A DNA stretch of 64,000 nt from an uncultured Chloroflexia bacterium (GTDB lineage Bacteria > Chloroflexota > Limnocylindria > Limnocylindrales > CSP1-4). The notes beneath the pieces were generated by a model. That model saw nothing but the letters and a program-made list of their open reading frames with translations. It had not been told where the DNA came from and did not search any database. The DNA lies in assembly GCA_963749705.1 (NCBI GenBank), contig CAVVNQ010000015.1, positions 32,001 through 96,000 of the forward strand, read 5' to 3'. The position numbers were made by a program, and so were the translations under genes. Shown piece by piece: positions 1 to 9,413 of the stretch; position 1 is the stretch's first letter; the number at the start of each line of letters is the position of its first letter.

Positions 1-1
1 C

Positions 2-736
2 TATGACCTCGGACCCTTCATCGGCGCGTCGCTGCTGAGCGCGGCATTCGGGCTCGTGTCGTCCGTCGCGATCACCGTCGCGGCGGACTCGCTGTGGCAG
101 GGGCGGCCGATCGGCGAGGCAGGCGCGTTCCGGACCGGGATCCGGGCGCTGCCGCGATACCTCGGCGTGATGCTCGTGATCGGGCTGGTCATCGGCGGGA
201 TCGCCCTCGTCATCGGGCTCGCGATCATCGCGGCCGCGGCCGTGGCCGGGCCGGCGGCGATCCTGCTCGGCGTCCTGGTGGCCGTGATCCTCGTGCCCGC
301 CGGGATCTACGTGTCGGCGCGCATGGCGCTGCTCGCTCCGGTGATCGTGCTGGAGCGCCAGGGCGTGCTCGGGTCGATCGTGCGCGCGTGGGAGCTGTCG
401 CGCGGTCACGCGCTCGTCCTGTTCCTGCTGACGATCGTGGTCGCCCTGAGCGCGGCGCTTCCGCTGTGGGGTGGATCACTGTTCGCCGGGTCCGTCGACA
501 ACGCCCTGATCGCGGCGATCGCACTGGGGATCGCGACCCTGCTGTTCGAGCCGCTGCCCGCGATCGCGGTCGTGCTGGCCTGGGGCGACCGGATCGGTGA
601 CCGCCACGGAGACTCCGAGCTGATGGCCCGTGGCCGGGGGCGCGGCATCGCGGCACTGCTGGTGTTCGGGCTCGGTGGGATCCTGTTCGTCGCGGGCATC
701 GGGGTCGCCGCGCAGGTGATGTCCGCGGCTCCCTGA
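2..736 (+). CDS. Multi-pass membrane protein (GDPD membrane-anchor-like), 5'-truncated by window edge
   Basis: Frame open from position 2 to TGA at 736; several hydrophobic helices; P-x-IVLE...S-x-x-RAWELSRG pattern typical of this membrane family. Confidence 0.65.
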   Translation, partial: YDLGPFIGASLLSAAFGLVSSVAITVAADSLWQGRPIGEAGAFRTGIRALPRYLGVMLVIGLVIGGIALVIGLAIIAAAAVAGPAAILLGVLVAVILVPAGIYVSARMALLAPVIVLERQGVLGSIVRAWELSRGHALVLFLLTIVVALSAALPLWGGSLFAGSVDNALIAAIALGIATLLFEPLPAIAVVLAWGDRIGDRHGDSELMARGRGRGIAALLVFGLGGILFVAGIGVAAQVMSAAP

Positions 737-814
737 TCCGGCCGCAGGCTCCGGGCCGCTCCGGGCGCTCCGGGTCGCCGGCCTGGCCGCGTGACTCACC
801 CGGCCCCGGCCGCG

Positions 815-927
815 TGACTCACCCGGCGCATCAGGAACGAAGCCCGGCTGGCGGATCGCGCCCAGATCGACGCGATATCGGCGCGAGGCCCTGGTCCAGG
901 CGCCGATGTGATGCGCCACGCGAGTCA
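815..927. repeat. Intergenic inverted-repeat pair (19-bp arms)
   Basis: TGACTCACCCGGCGCATCA (815-833) pairs imperfectly with TGATGCGCCACGCGAGTCA (909-927); GGCCGCGTGACTCACCCGGC is duplicated in tandem at the left end. Confidence 0.6.
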
Positions 928-1065
928 GCCGCCGGCCCGCCGAGCCGCCGGTTCGCGGCGTGAACCCGGCGTGAACCCCGGCGAGCGCCGTGCGGGCCGA
1001 TGCAACCGCGCCGGGACCCGCAGGCTCGCCACGCGGCGGCCACGCGCGGGTGGCACCATGCGCCC

Positions 1066-1569
1066 ATGGCTGCCGTCGCGCTCGCAATCCGGTTCGCACT
1101 CGAGCTCAATGCCATCGCCGCCGTCGCGATCTGGGGGTTCCGGGCGGGCGACGGCGGGATCGCGGGGGCCATCTACGCGGGAGCGGCGGTCGTCGTCCTG
1201 CTCGTCAACTGGGCATGGTTCATCGCGCCGCGATCGACGCGGAGCCCGATCCCGGTCCGCTGGCGCACGCTGGCCGGCGCGGCCGTGATGCTCCTGGCGG
1301 CGGCGCTGCTGGCGGCCGCGGGCGAGCCGCTGCCGGCCGTCGTGTTCGCGGTGGTCGTCGTCGCCGATACGGCGGCCCTGTTTGCCCTCGGTGCGTCCGA
1401 CCAGGACTGGCCGATCCTGCCGCCGCCGGCACACCCGGAGGCACGGCCGACGCAGAACGCGGCGGTGGGCGACGGCATGGCGCGGGGCACGTCGCCCGCC
1501 CGCGCCTCGGCGAACGACCGCCCGCGCCGCGCGTCGTCCGGCAGCACGAAGCGACGAAGGCGCCGCTGA
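1066..1569 (+). CDS. YrdB/DUF2568-like membrane protein
   Basis: ALAIRFALEL...WGF N-terminal pattern, 4 TM segments; CACCAT-N6-ATG leaderless-type start. Confidence 0.65.
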   Translation: MAAVALAIRFALELNAIAAVAIWGFRAGDGGIAGAIYAGAAVVVLLVNWAWFIAPRSTRSPIPVRWRTLAGAAVMLLAAALLAAAGEPLPAVVFAVVVVADTAALFALGASDQDWPILPPPAHPEARPTQNAAVGDGMARGTSPARASANDRPRRASSGSTKRRRRR

Positions 1570-1650
1570 CGACCGCGGGGTTGTTCCGGCCTCAAGCGCC
1601 GCTGACGACCCGGGTCTCCGGCCCGATCCGCCGCGGGCCCAGTCGGATCC

Positions 1651-2823
1651 TCAGCCCCCCGAGCGGGCCACGACCGCCGCGTCGGGCTGCGGCTCGGATC
1701 CCAGCGCCAGCCACCGGCGCAGGCTGGCACGCCACAGCGCGCGGCGGTGGAAGGGACCGGTCTCGCTGAGCCCGTCCATGCCGCCCGCCGCAACCAGCGA
1801 TTCGAGCAGCGGCGCGAGCTGCGACCCGTACACGTGCATGCACGGTTCCGGCCGCACACCGGGCCACGAGTAGCAGGACACGACGGTCCGCCGCGTGTCG
1901 TGCGGGATGACGGCCGGCACGTCGTCCCAGGCCGGATCGTCCGGTGGCAGCTCCCAGCGGTCCAGGTTGCCCTGCGGGATGCCCTCGATCCCGCGCACCA
2001 CCTTGGGTTCGGCGTCCAGCAGGTAGGGATCGACCACCAGGTCGCACACGACCCCGTGCCCCGGCATCAGGGCCAGCCAGTCGTTGAGGATCAGCGGCTC
2101 CGATGCGTCGTGCCGCTGGGTGGCGTCGACCAGGATGTCGGTCACGGTGAGCCGGCCCCGGATGTACTCGGGGTCCCGGGTCAGGTTGCGGCCCGTGGTG
2201 ACCACCTCGACGCCCGGCAGGCCGTTGCGCATGAACGCCTCGTTGCGGGCGTCGTCGCCGTACTTGGTCGCGAACTCGACCGCGTGCTTGCCGATCTGCC
2301 CAGCGCCCATGATCGTGACCCGCACCGGCGGCCGGCCCGGGACCGACAGCGCCGGCCACTGCCGCTCGAGCGCCGTGAACGCCGCGCCGACGCCGTTCCA
2401 CGACACGCTGCGCAGGTTCTCGACCAGCCGGCGCCCCTCGTCGTTGGTCACCATGTCCATCGAGATCGCCTCGAGACCGAGGTCGGCGAGCATCTGCACC
2501 CGTGCCGGCCGGGTCTGGAAGTGGAGCATCGAGACGAGGATGGCGCCCGGACGCATCAGCTCGTACCTGCCCTCGGGGGCGCGCAGCACGACGACGACAT
2601 CCTGTCGATAGGTCGTCTCCTCGTCGGTCGCGTGGACGTTGGGATACAGCAGGTAGTCCATGTCGCTGTAGCCCATCGCGGACCCGATTCCGGACTCCAC
2701 GTAGACCTCGGCGCCAAGGCCGGCGAGCAGCCCGATCAGGGGCGGCAGGAAGTCGCGACGCTCGGCCGTCTCCTTGTGCATCCGGGGAAAGCCGATGCTG
2801 ATCGGCCGGGGCAGCGTCGTCAC
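1651..2823 (-). CDS. AlaDH/PNT superfamily NAD(P)-dependent amino-acid dehydrogenase (N5-(carboxyethyl)ornithine synthase-like)
   Basis: IGFPRMHKETAERRDFLP N-terminus, VESGIG, Rossmann GAGQIG; GGAGG RBS before GTG at 2823. Confidence 0.7.
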   Translation of the reverse strand: MTTLPRPISIGFPRMHKETAERRDFLPPLIGLLAGLGAEVYVESGIGSAMGYSDMDYLLYPNVHATDEETTYRQDVVVVLRAPEGRYELMRPGAILVSMLHFQTRPARVQMLADLGLEAISMDMVTNDEGRRLVENLRSVSWNGVGAAFTALERQWPALSVPGRPPVRVTIMGAGQIGKHAVEFATKYGDDARNEAFMRNGLPGVEVVTTGRNLTRDPEYIRGRLTVTDILVDATQRHDASEPLILNDWLALMPGHGVVCDLVVDPYLLDAEPKVVRGIEGIPQGNLDRWELPPDDPAWDDVPAVIPHDTRRTVVSCYSWPGVRPEPCMHVYGSQLAPLLESLVAAGGMDGLSETGPFHRRALWRASLRRWLALGSEPQPDAAVVARSGG

Positions 2824-3007
2824 CTGGAAATCCTCCACACGTCGTCGCTCGACCGTACCCGCGATGACGCCGTGGCGCGAGGGTCCGCTGGTCCCGATCC
2901 GCGTGCCCGGCGGTCCCGATGTGGGGACCGGGTGGCGCCGGGACGGCCGTCCGGAGGCGTCGAGCCCGGCGCCGGCCGGCGCGAACGGTCCCGGCGAGCT
3001 ACGCCTA

Positions 3008-3036
3008 TTGACAGCGCGACGTAGCACTGTCATGAT
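3008..3036 (+). promoter_or_regulatory. Sigma70-type promoter with overlapping dyad operator for the merR-vWA locus
   Basis: TTGACA(3008-3013)-17bp-CATGAT(3031-3036), ATG 6 nt later; inverted repeat TGACAGCGC...GCACTGTCA (3009-3032). Confidence 0.75.
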
Positions 3037-3042
3037 CCGGCC

Positions 3043-3807
3043 ATGCCCGACGACCCCTACGCCCTGACCGACCTGGCCCGGCTCGCGGATGTCACGCCCC
3101 GGACCATCCGCTACTACGTGGCGCAGGGCCTGCTGCCCTCCCCGGATGGCGCCGGACGCGCGGCGCGCTACTCGGAGGGTCACCTCGCCCGGCTGCGCCT
3201 GATCCGGCGACTCCAGCGCGATCACCTGCCGCTGGCCGACATTCGGGCCCGGCTGGAGCGGATCGGGGACGATGACGTGCAGGCCGCGCTGGACGCCGCA
3301 GACCAGCCCGAGGCGGGACCGACGCCAACGGGGACGGACGCCACGCTCGCGTTCGTGCGCGGCCTCATGGCCAGGGCCGGCGTCTCGCCGCGGTTCTACG
3401 ATCCGGGCCCCGACGCTGCGACCGATCCACCGCAGATCGATCCATCGCGGATCGATCCATCGCACCGCGCTTCCCTCCTGCGAAGGGTCCCCGACGAGTT
3501 CCCGCTCCGGGAGGCGCCCGGAGCGGAGCCCGATCCGCGGCGCCCCTGGCCTGATCCCCAGCGCCCGGAGCCATATCCGCCGCGGCCGGCCCCCTGGCTG
3601 ACGCCGCCCGCACCCGCCCCCGGACCCGCGACCCCCGCCCCCGCGTCCGCACCACGCTCGACCAGTGGCGACCGGAGCACGTGGGAGCGGCTCGTGATCA
3701 CCCAGGACGTCGAGCTCCACGTCCGGCGCCCGCTCGACCGGGCGACCAACAAGCGCGTGGACCGGCTCGCTCGCATCGCCCGCGAGCTGTTCGACGAGGA
3801 GACCTGA
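3043..3807 (+). CDS. MerR-family HTH regulator with Pro-rich linker and small C-terminal domain
   Basis: LTDLARLADVTPRTIRYYVAQGLLPSP...ARYSEGHLARLRLIRRLQ MerR HTH; C-terminal WERLVITQDVELHVR. Confidence 0.85.
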   Translation: MPDDPYALTDLARLADVTPRTIRYYVAQGLLPSPDGAGRAARYSEGHLARLRLIRRLQRDHLPLADIRARLERIGDDDVQAALDAADQPEAGPTPTGTDATLAFVRGLMARAGVSPRFYDPGPDAATDPPQIDPSRIDPSHRASLLRRVPDEFPLREAPGAEPDPRRPWPDPQRPEPYPPRPAPWLTPPAPAPGPATPAPASAPRSTSGDRSTWERLVITQDVELHVRRPLDRATNKRVDRLARIARELFDEET

Positions 3808-3927
3808 GCCCACCGGGAGACCGGACAACCGACGACCCCACCCGCACGGGCGACCAACGCTCGCCCCAGCCACACCCGCAGACCCGCCCCATCCGGGCCT
3901 CGGCACCAGCACACGAGGAGGCCCATC

Positions 3928-5277
3928 GTGAACCCGACGACGAACCCCGCCCCTGCCCAACCCGACGGTGACGGCCAGCCCCCGGCACCCCCCACCAGCC
4001 CGCACCTGGGCGTCCGCTCCGACCGCCGTCTCATCCGCGCGCACGGCCGCAGCGAGCGGTTCCTGCTCATCGACGTCGTCGCCCCTGCCGTCACCTCCGA
4101 CCCGGCGCGCCGGCGGCCGCCCGTCAACCTGGGCTTCGTCCTCGACCGCTCGGGTTCGATGGGTGGCCAGAACAAGATCGGGCTGGCCAGGCAGGCCGTG
4201 CTCGAGGCCGTCGAGCGGCTCGACGCGCCGGACCGCTTCGCGGTCGTGACGTACGACGACCGGCTCGACGTGGTCGTCGGCAGCGTGCTCGCATCACCGG
4301 AGGCCCGGCACCTGGCGGCCGACCGGCTGCGCTCGATCGACGCGCGTGGCAGCACCGACCTGCACGGCGGCTGGCTGGCGGGCTGCGAGCAGGTCGCCGC
4401 CGGTCTCCAGCCCGACGGCGTCAACCGCGTGCTGCTGCTCACCGATGGGCTGGCCAATGTCGGCGTCACGGACCCGGACGAGCTCACCCGCCTCGCCCAT
4501 GACCTCCGCCGGCGCGGCGTGACGACCAGCACGTTCGGCGTCGGGACGGACTTCGACGAGGCCCTGCTGCAGTCGATGTCGGATGCCGGCGGCGGCCATT
4601 TCTACTTCATCGGCGACGTCGCCCAGATGCGCGACCACATCACGAGCGAGGTGGGGGAGACGCTCGAGGTCGCGGCCCGTGAGGTCGTGCTCGAGCTGAC
4701 CGTCCCCGAGTCCGTCCGGGTCGACGCCCTGTCCCCGTTCCGCCTCGAGCAGCGCGGCGGGCGGGTGTTCGCGTACCTGGGCGACATGGTGTCGGGCCAG
4801 GTGCTGTCGATCGCGCTCCGGGTCACCTTCGACTTCGGCGAGGTCGGGCGCGAGATCGGCATCCTGGTCAACGTCCGCGACCGGGATGGCGCGTTCGAGC
4901 GTGCCGTGCCCGGGATCGGGACGGTCAGCGTTGCCTGGACGTACGACGATCACGCGGCCAACGATGCCCAGCCCCGCGACCGCGAGGTCGACCGCGTCGT
5001 CGCCCGGCTGTTCGCGGAGCGAGTCAAGCAGGAGGCCGTTCGCCTCAACCGCGAGGGCCGGTTCGAGGAGGCGGGACGGGCGCTCGACGGTGTCCGCCGT
5101 CGCGTGGCGTCGTACGCGGGTCGGGACCTCGCGCTTCGCGACATCGTGGCCGAGCTCCGGGACGAGGCCCCGGTCTACGCCGCCGCGATGCCCGAGATGG
5201 CGCGCAAGGAGCGCTACTTCGCCTCGAGCAACCTGTCCCGGATGCGGACGGCCGAGGGCCGGTCGCGCAAGGCCTGA
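3928..5277 (+). CDS. Cytoplasmic von Willebrand factor A (vWA) domain protein
   Basis: MIDAS residues DRSGS, GSTD, LLTDG; GGGHFYFI; GAGGAGG RBS; no signal peptide. Confidence 0.88.
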   Translation: MNPTTNPAPAQPDGDGQPPAPPTSPHLGVRSDRRLIRAHGRSERFLLIDVVAPAVTSDPARRRPPVNLGFVLDRSGSMGGQNKIGLARQAVLEAVERLDAPDRFAVVTYDDRLDVVVGSVLASPEARHLAADRLRSIDARGSTDLHGGWLAGCEQVAAGLQPDGVNRVLLLTDGLANVGVTDPDELTRLAHDLRRRGVTTSTFGVGTDFDEALLQSMSDAGGGHFYFIGDVAQMRDHITSEVGETLEVAAREVVLELTVPESVRVDALSPFRLEQRGGRVFAYLGDMVSGQVLSIALRVTFDFGEVGREIGILVNVRDRDGAFERAVPGIGTVSVAWTYDDHAANDAQPRDREVDRVVARLFAERVKQEAVRLNREGRFEEAGRALDGVRRRVASYAGRDLALRDIVAELRDEAPVYAAAMPEMARKERYFASSNLSRMRTAEGRSRKA

Positions 5278-5356
5278 CGGCGGGTCGCGCCCGCGGTATC
5301 GGCCCGCGCCCTCGGTATCGGCCCGCCCCCGCGGTCGCCGGCCCGCGCTCGGGCTT

Positions 5357-6466
5357 TCAGCGCTTCCGGTCCGGGTTGGGGATCAGGGCGTCCGTCACCT
5401 GGTGCAGGAGCTCCTGGTACGAGCCGATGAATCCGCGCAGGGTCCGGGCGGTGGCACCGAAGGTGTCGAACTCCGCCGGCGCAAGCCCGTCCGGCTCGTA
5501 TGCGCGGACGAAGTCCGGCAATCGCGATCGCAGCTCGTCGAGGTACACCGGCGCGACGGGGTCGTCCATCCGCGGTCGTACCTCGACGCTCGAGGCGTTG
5601 AACCGACGCTGCCACGACGCCGGCAGGGCGAGCACCACGTCGCCGCCGATGAGCTCCGACCAGTGGTAGTGGTGACGGATCGCCGCGCACAGCAGCCGCG
5701 CCCGCAGCCCGCGCTCGCGGAAGATGCCATAGGCGCGCTTGAACACCGCGATCCCGCTCCACGGCAGCGCGTCGGGATTGACGCTCAGGCCGTCGCGATC
5801 CACCACGACCCTGAGCCAGTCCTCGATGCGGCCGGCCATGATCGTGACCACAGGCCCCATGTCGTCCGTCGGCAGGCCTTCGGCGTCGCGCCGCCGCAGG
5901 CCACGTTCGATCGCCTCGCCGGTCGCGAGCGCCTGGGCGACCGTGAAGCTGACGGTGACGTTGACGCTGACGCCGCGGTAGGTGGCTTCCTCGATCGCGT
6001 CGATGCCGGCGTGGGTGGCGGGCAGCTTGACGATGATGTTGGGGGCGAGGGTCGAGAAGTGGATCGCCTGCTCGACCATCGCGGGCCGGGTGCGGAACAG
6101 CGTCGGATCGGTCTGCACCGACAACCGCCCCTGGCGCCCACCCTGGGCCTCGAACACGGGCTCCAGGACCTTCGCACCGCGGATCGACATCTCCTCGACG
6201 ACGGCCCAGCCGAGGTCCGTGACCGTCGCGGCCGGCCGCTCCACGGCGAGGGCGGCGACCCGGTCTCGCCAGAACGCGGCCTGCTTGTTCCACACGTCGA
6301 CGACGATGGTCGGGTTGGCGGTCGCCCCGACCGCGCCGTAGCTGATCGCGTACTCGAGCTCGTCGACCGCGCACGAGTCGTTCCACACGTCGGTATCGGT
6401 CTGGGCGATCGTGCGTCCCAGGGGGGTGTCGGCGAGGGGGAGCTGTGAGGGGGCCGTGATGGTCAC
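5357..6466 (-). CDS. Transaldolase family protein
   Basis: GATANPTI, NIIVKLPAT (Schiff-base Lys), VSVNVTVSF; GGAGG RBS upstream of GTG. Confidence 0.85.
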   Translation of the reverse strand: MTITAPSQLPLADTPLGRTIAQTDTDVWNDSCAVDELEYAISYGAVGATANPTIVVDVWNKQAAFWRDRVAALAVERPAATVTDLGWAVVEEMSIRGAKVLEPVFEAQGGRQGRLSVQTDPTLFRTRPAMVEQAIHFSTLAPNIIVKLPATHAGIDAIEEATYRGVSVNVTVSFTVAQALATGEAIERGLRRRDAEGLPTDDMGPVVTIMAGRIEDWLRVVVDRDGLSVNPDALPWSGIAVFKRAYGIFRERGLRARLLCAAIRHHYHWSELIGGDVVLALPASWQRRFNASSVEVRPRMDDPVAPVYLDELRSRLPDFVRAYEPDGLAPAEFDTFGATARTLRGFIGSYQELLHQVTDALIPNPDRKR

Positions 6467-6663
6467 CGGTGCGCAACCTCCTGTGATCACCTACAGCGCA
6501 GGGCCGGCGATCCTTGGCCCCTCCCGGGTCGATTCTGCCACGTGCGGCCGGGGTGCACAGCGACCCTCGCGAGCGGGCGAGTTGGGGCATCATCGGAGCA
6601 CGCGTCCGCACTCGGCCCGGCATCGTCTCGTGGATGCCCATGCCGCACAGCTGGAGACCCGAG

Positions 6664-7287
6664 ATGACTGACCTCGCCGCCCTGACCGAGGCGATTGGTG
6701 CGGGCAATCGTGCCGTCGCCGTGGAGACCACGCGCGCGGCGCTCGATGAGGGGACCGATCCGCGCGTGGTCCTCGGGGCGATGACGGCGGCGATGGACGT
6801 CGTCGGGCGGAAGTTCCAGGACGGGGAGATCTACGTCCCGGAGATGCTGATCGCGGCCCGCGCGATGAAGGAGGCGCTCGTCGTCCTCGAGCCGGTCCTC
6901 GTCGCCGCGGGCGTCAAGCCCGAGTTCCGGGCGGTCATCGGCACCATCGCGGGCGACCTGCACGACATCGGCAAGAACCTGGTCGGGATGATGTGGAAGG
7001 GCGCCGGCTTCGAGGTCATCGACCTCGGCGTGAACGTCCGCGCCGAGCAGTTCGTGGAGGCGGCCAGGGAGCACGATGCCGATGTCATCGGGGTGTCGGC
7101 CCTGCTGACGACGACGATGCCCGGCATGCGCGGCGTGGTCGAGGCGGTGCGAGCGGCTGGGCTCCGAGCGCGGGTCGTCGTGGGCGGCGCTCCGACCACG
7201 CCCGAGTACGCGGCCGAGATCGGCGCCGACGGCCAGGCGCCCGACGCGGGGTCCGCGGTGGAGCTCGTTCGCCGCCTCATCGCGTGA
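6664..7287 (+). CDS. Corrinoid (cobalamin-binding) protein, MtbC/MttC-like
   Basis: Cap domain (FQDGEIYVPEMLIAARAM) plus DxHxxG motif GDLHDIGKNLV, SALLTTT and VVVGGAP. Confidence 0.92.
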   Translation: MTDLAALTEAIGAGNRAVAVETTRAALDEGTDPRVVLGAMTAAMDVVGRKFQDGEIYVPEMLIAARAMKEALVVLEPVLVAAGVKPEFRAVIGTIAGDLHDIGKNLVGMMWKGAGFEVIDLGVNVRAEQFVEAAREHDADVIGVSALLTTTMPGMRGVVEAVRAAGLRARVVVGGAPTTPEYAAEIGADGQAPDAGSAVELVRRLIA

Positions 7288-8306
7288 GCGAAGCCGGCCC
7301 GCCGGCGCCGTTGGGGGGCCGGCCGACGCCGTTGGTCGGTCCGTCACCCGGGCCGGAGGCGGTCATCCACTCGCGCCCCGCGGCGCTGGTCATGCTCGCG
7401 CTGCTGACCCTCATCTGGGGCGTCCACTGGGTCGTGGTCAAGACCGGGCTCCAGTACATGCCGCCGCTGACGTATGCGTCGCTGCGGATCGGATCGGGGC
7501 TCGCGACGATGATCGGGCTGCTGGCCGTCACGGGGCGGCTTCGGCGGCCCGACCCGGCGAACCTCCCGATCATGGTCTCGGTCGGGCTGGGCCAGATCGG
7601 CGCCGGCGTGGCGATCCAGGTCCTGGCCCTCCAGGCCGTGTCGGCGGGCCGGTCAGCGGTGCTGCTGTACACGATGCCGCTGTGGGTCGCCCTCCTGCTC
7701 GCGATCGTGTTCCGGATCCGGCCGCACCGCAACGAGCTGGTGGGGCTGGTGCTCGGCGTCGGCGGGCTGGCTGCGCTGCTCAACCCGGCGGTGATCGACT
7801 GGCGGTCGGGCGCGGAGCTGCTGGGGACGTTCGGGCTGCTGCTCAACGCCGTGATCTGGGCTGCGGTCGCGATCCACGTCCGTCGCCATCGCTGGACGCA
7901 GTCGCCGCTCGAGCTCCAGCCGTGGATGCTGCTGATCGCCCTGGTGCCGCTGGTCGTGCTGACCATGGTGCTGGAGCCGGGCCGGGCGATCCGCTGGGAG
8001 CCGATCACGCTGGGCATCCTGCTCTACAGCGGTCCACTCGCGACTGCGCTCGGGTTCTGGGCCAGCCAGGCGATCACCCGCTCGCTGGGCGCCCAGGCGT
8101 CGGGCACGGGGTTCCTCGCGACGCCGGTGGTCGGGCTGGCCTCGGGCGCGCTGCTGCTCAACGAGTCGCTGGGTCCTGCCGACGTGGTCGGGTTCATCCT
8201 GATCCTGGCCGGGATCGGCGTCACGACGCTGCTACCCTCGCGTCGTCCCGGGGCGGCGGTCTTGTCCACGCCCGCCGGGCCGGAGGCGCAGGGGAGCTCG
8301 GGTTGA
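7284..8306 (+). CDS. DMT/EamA family transporter
   Basis: About 10 TM helices, IWG and MPLW motifs; GTGA overlap with the upstream stop (start uncertain). Confidence 0.85.
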   Translation: MSEAGPPAPLGGRPTPLVGPSPGPEAVIHSRPAALVMLALLTLIWGVHWVVVKTGLQYMPPLTYASLRIGSGLATMIGLLAVTGRLRRPDPANLPIMVSVGLGQIGAGVAIQVLALQAVSAGRSAVLLYTMPLWVALLLAIVFRIRPHRNELVGLVLGVGGLAALLNPAVIDWRSGAELLGTFGLLLNAVIWAAVAIHVRRHRWTQSPLELQPWMLLIALVPLVVLTMVLEPGRAIRWEPITLGILLYSGPLATALGFWASQAITRSLGAQASGTGFLATPVVGLASGALLLNESLGPADVVGFILILAGIGVTTLLPSRRPGAAVLSTPAGPEAQGSSG

Positions 8307-8878
8307 CCAAGGGCCGGATCGAGGCATTCAGCGACGGCGTCCTCGCGATCATCATCACGATCATGGTCCTCGAGCTGCGACCGCCCGAGGGCAGCCACAT
8401 CGAGGATCTCCGGGGCCTCGCTCCGGTTCTCGTCAGCTATGTCCTGAGCTTCGCCTACATCGGCATCTACTGGAACAACCACCACCACCTGTTCCAGGCC
8501 GTGCGCGCGGTCGGCGGGCGGGTGCTGTGGGCGAACCTCCACCTCCTGTTCTGGCTGTCGCTCGTCCCGTTCGCGACCGCCTGGATGGGCGAGCGCGAGT
8601 TCGCCAGTGACCCGGTGGCGGTCTATGGCGCGGTGCTGCTGTTCGCCGCGATCGCGTACTTCATCCTGGTGCGCGCGTTGATCGCGATCCAGCCCGATGA
8701 CGCCCCGCTCGCCGCGGCAATCGGGACCGACACCAAGGGCAAGGTCTCGCCGCTGCTGTACGCGGCCGCGATCCCGATCGCGCTGGTCGCGCCCTGGGTC
8801 TCGTTCGGGATCTACGTCCTCGTCGCGATGATCTGGATCGTCCCGGACACCCGCATCGAGCGGACGATCGCTCGATAG
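8303..8878 (+). CDS. TMEM175 family (DUF1211) potassium channel
   Basis: RIEAFSDGVLAIIITIMVLE signature, YWNNHHHLF; TTGA overlap with the EamA stop. Confidence 0.9.
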   Translation: MTKGRIEAFSDGVLAIIITIMVLELRPPEGSHIEDLRGLAPVLVSYVLSFAYIGIYWNNHHHLFQAVRAVGGRVLWANLHLLFWLSLVPFATAWMGEREFASDPVAVYGAVLLFAAIAYFILVRALIAIQPDDAPLAAAIGTDTKGKVSPLLYAAAIPIALVAPWVSFGIYVLVAMIWIVPDTRIERTIAR

Positions 8879-8973
8879 GCCCTTGTGGCTTCGGCCCGCA
8901 GGCGCCTTCATCGCGCCACGGCGCCCGCGGCGTCCGCATCGCCCACGGCGCCCGGCTGCTCAGCGCCCGCGAA

Positions 8974-9008
8974 GTCACTGCCGTCCGCGATGAGCCTCCG
9001 CGCATCGC
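8974..9008. repeat. Family-1 REP-like left arm (35 bp)
   Basis: GTCACTGCCGTCCGCGATGAGCCTCCGCGCATCGC; near-identical to 10656-10690 and inverted relative to 9674-9708. Confidence 0.75.
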
Positions 9009-9026
9009 GGCGCGGCGCGGGCGTGC

Positions 9027-9413
9027 TCAGTGGCGCGCCCGGAGCACGAGCAGCGAACCCAGGTACGAGGCGGCCATGACCACCGCGACGAGCGCGTACG
9101 GCTGCCAGTCGCCACCGGACGCATCGGCGACCACGAAGGCTGCGAGGACGACGATCGCGCTCACGGCGAGCGCGTAGGCGCTGGCCTCGACGTTGATGTG
9201 CTCCCAGCGCTCATCGACCGGTCGGCCCGCGAGGACGCTGATGGTCTCGTTTCGCCGGCCGAGGACGGTGACCGCGATGGACCACCCGAGGATGATCGCG
9301 ACCGAGACGCCGGCCCGCGCCGCTGATCCGCCGCCGGCCAGCTCTGCGATCCCGAACGCAGCGGCGATCACGGTGCCGGACACCAGGACCGGGGCCCTAC
9401 GCAGGATCTTCAT
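9027..9413 (-). CDS. Small 4-TM membrane protein (DUF2178-like)
   Basis: Four hydrophobic helices with central DER motif (PVDERWEHI); overlaps the XRE gene end. Confidence 0.75.
   Translation of the reverse strand: MKILRRAPVLVSGTVIAAAFGIAELAGGGSAARAGVSVAIILGWSIAVTVLGRRNETISVLAGRPVDERWEHINVEASAYALAVSAIVVLAAFVVADASGGDWQPYALVAVVMAASYLGSLLVLRARH

Noticed and set aside
2824-4044. N-terminal 400-aa extension of the AlaDH-like ORF
   Set aside because: Overlaps merR on the opposite strand; an RBS supports the GTG at 2823.
6490-6663. Cobalamin riboswitch upstream of the corrinoid gene
   Set aside because: No recognisable B12-box or conserved GGGAA/GCCACTG elements by eye; an Infernal search would settle it.
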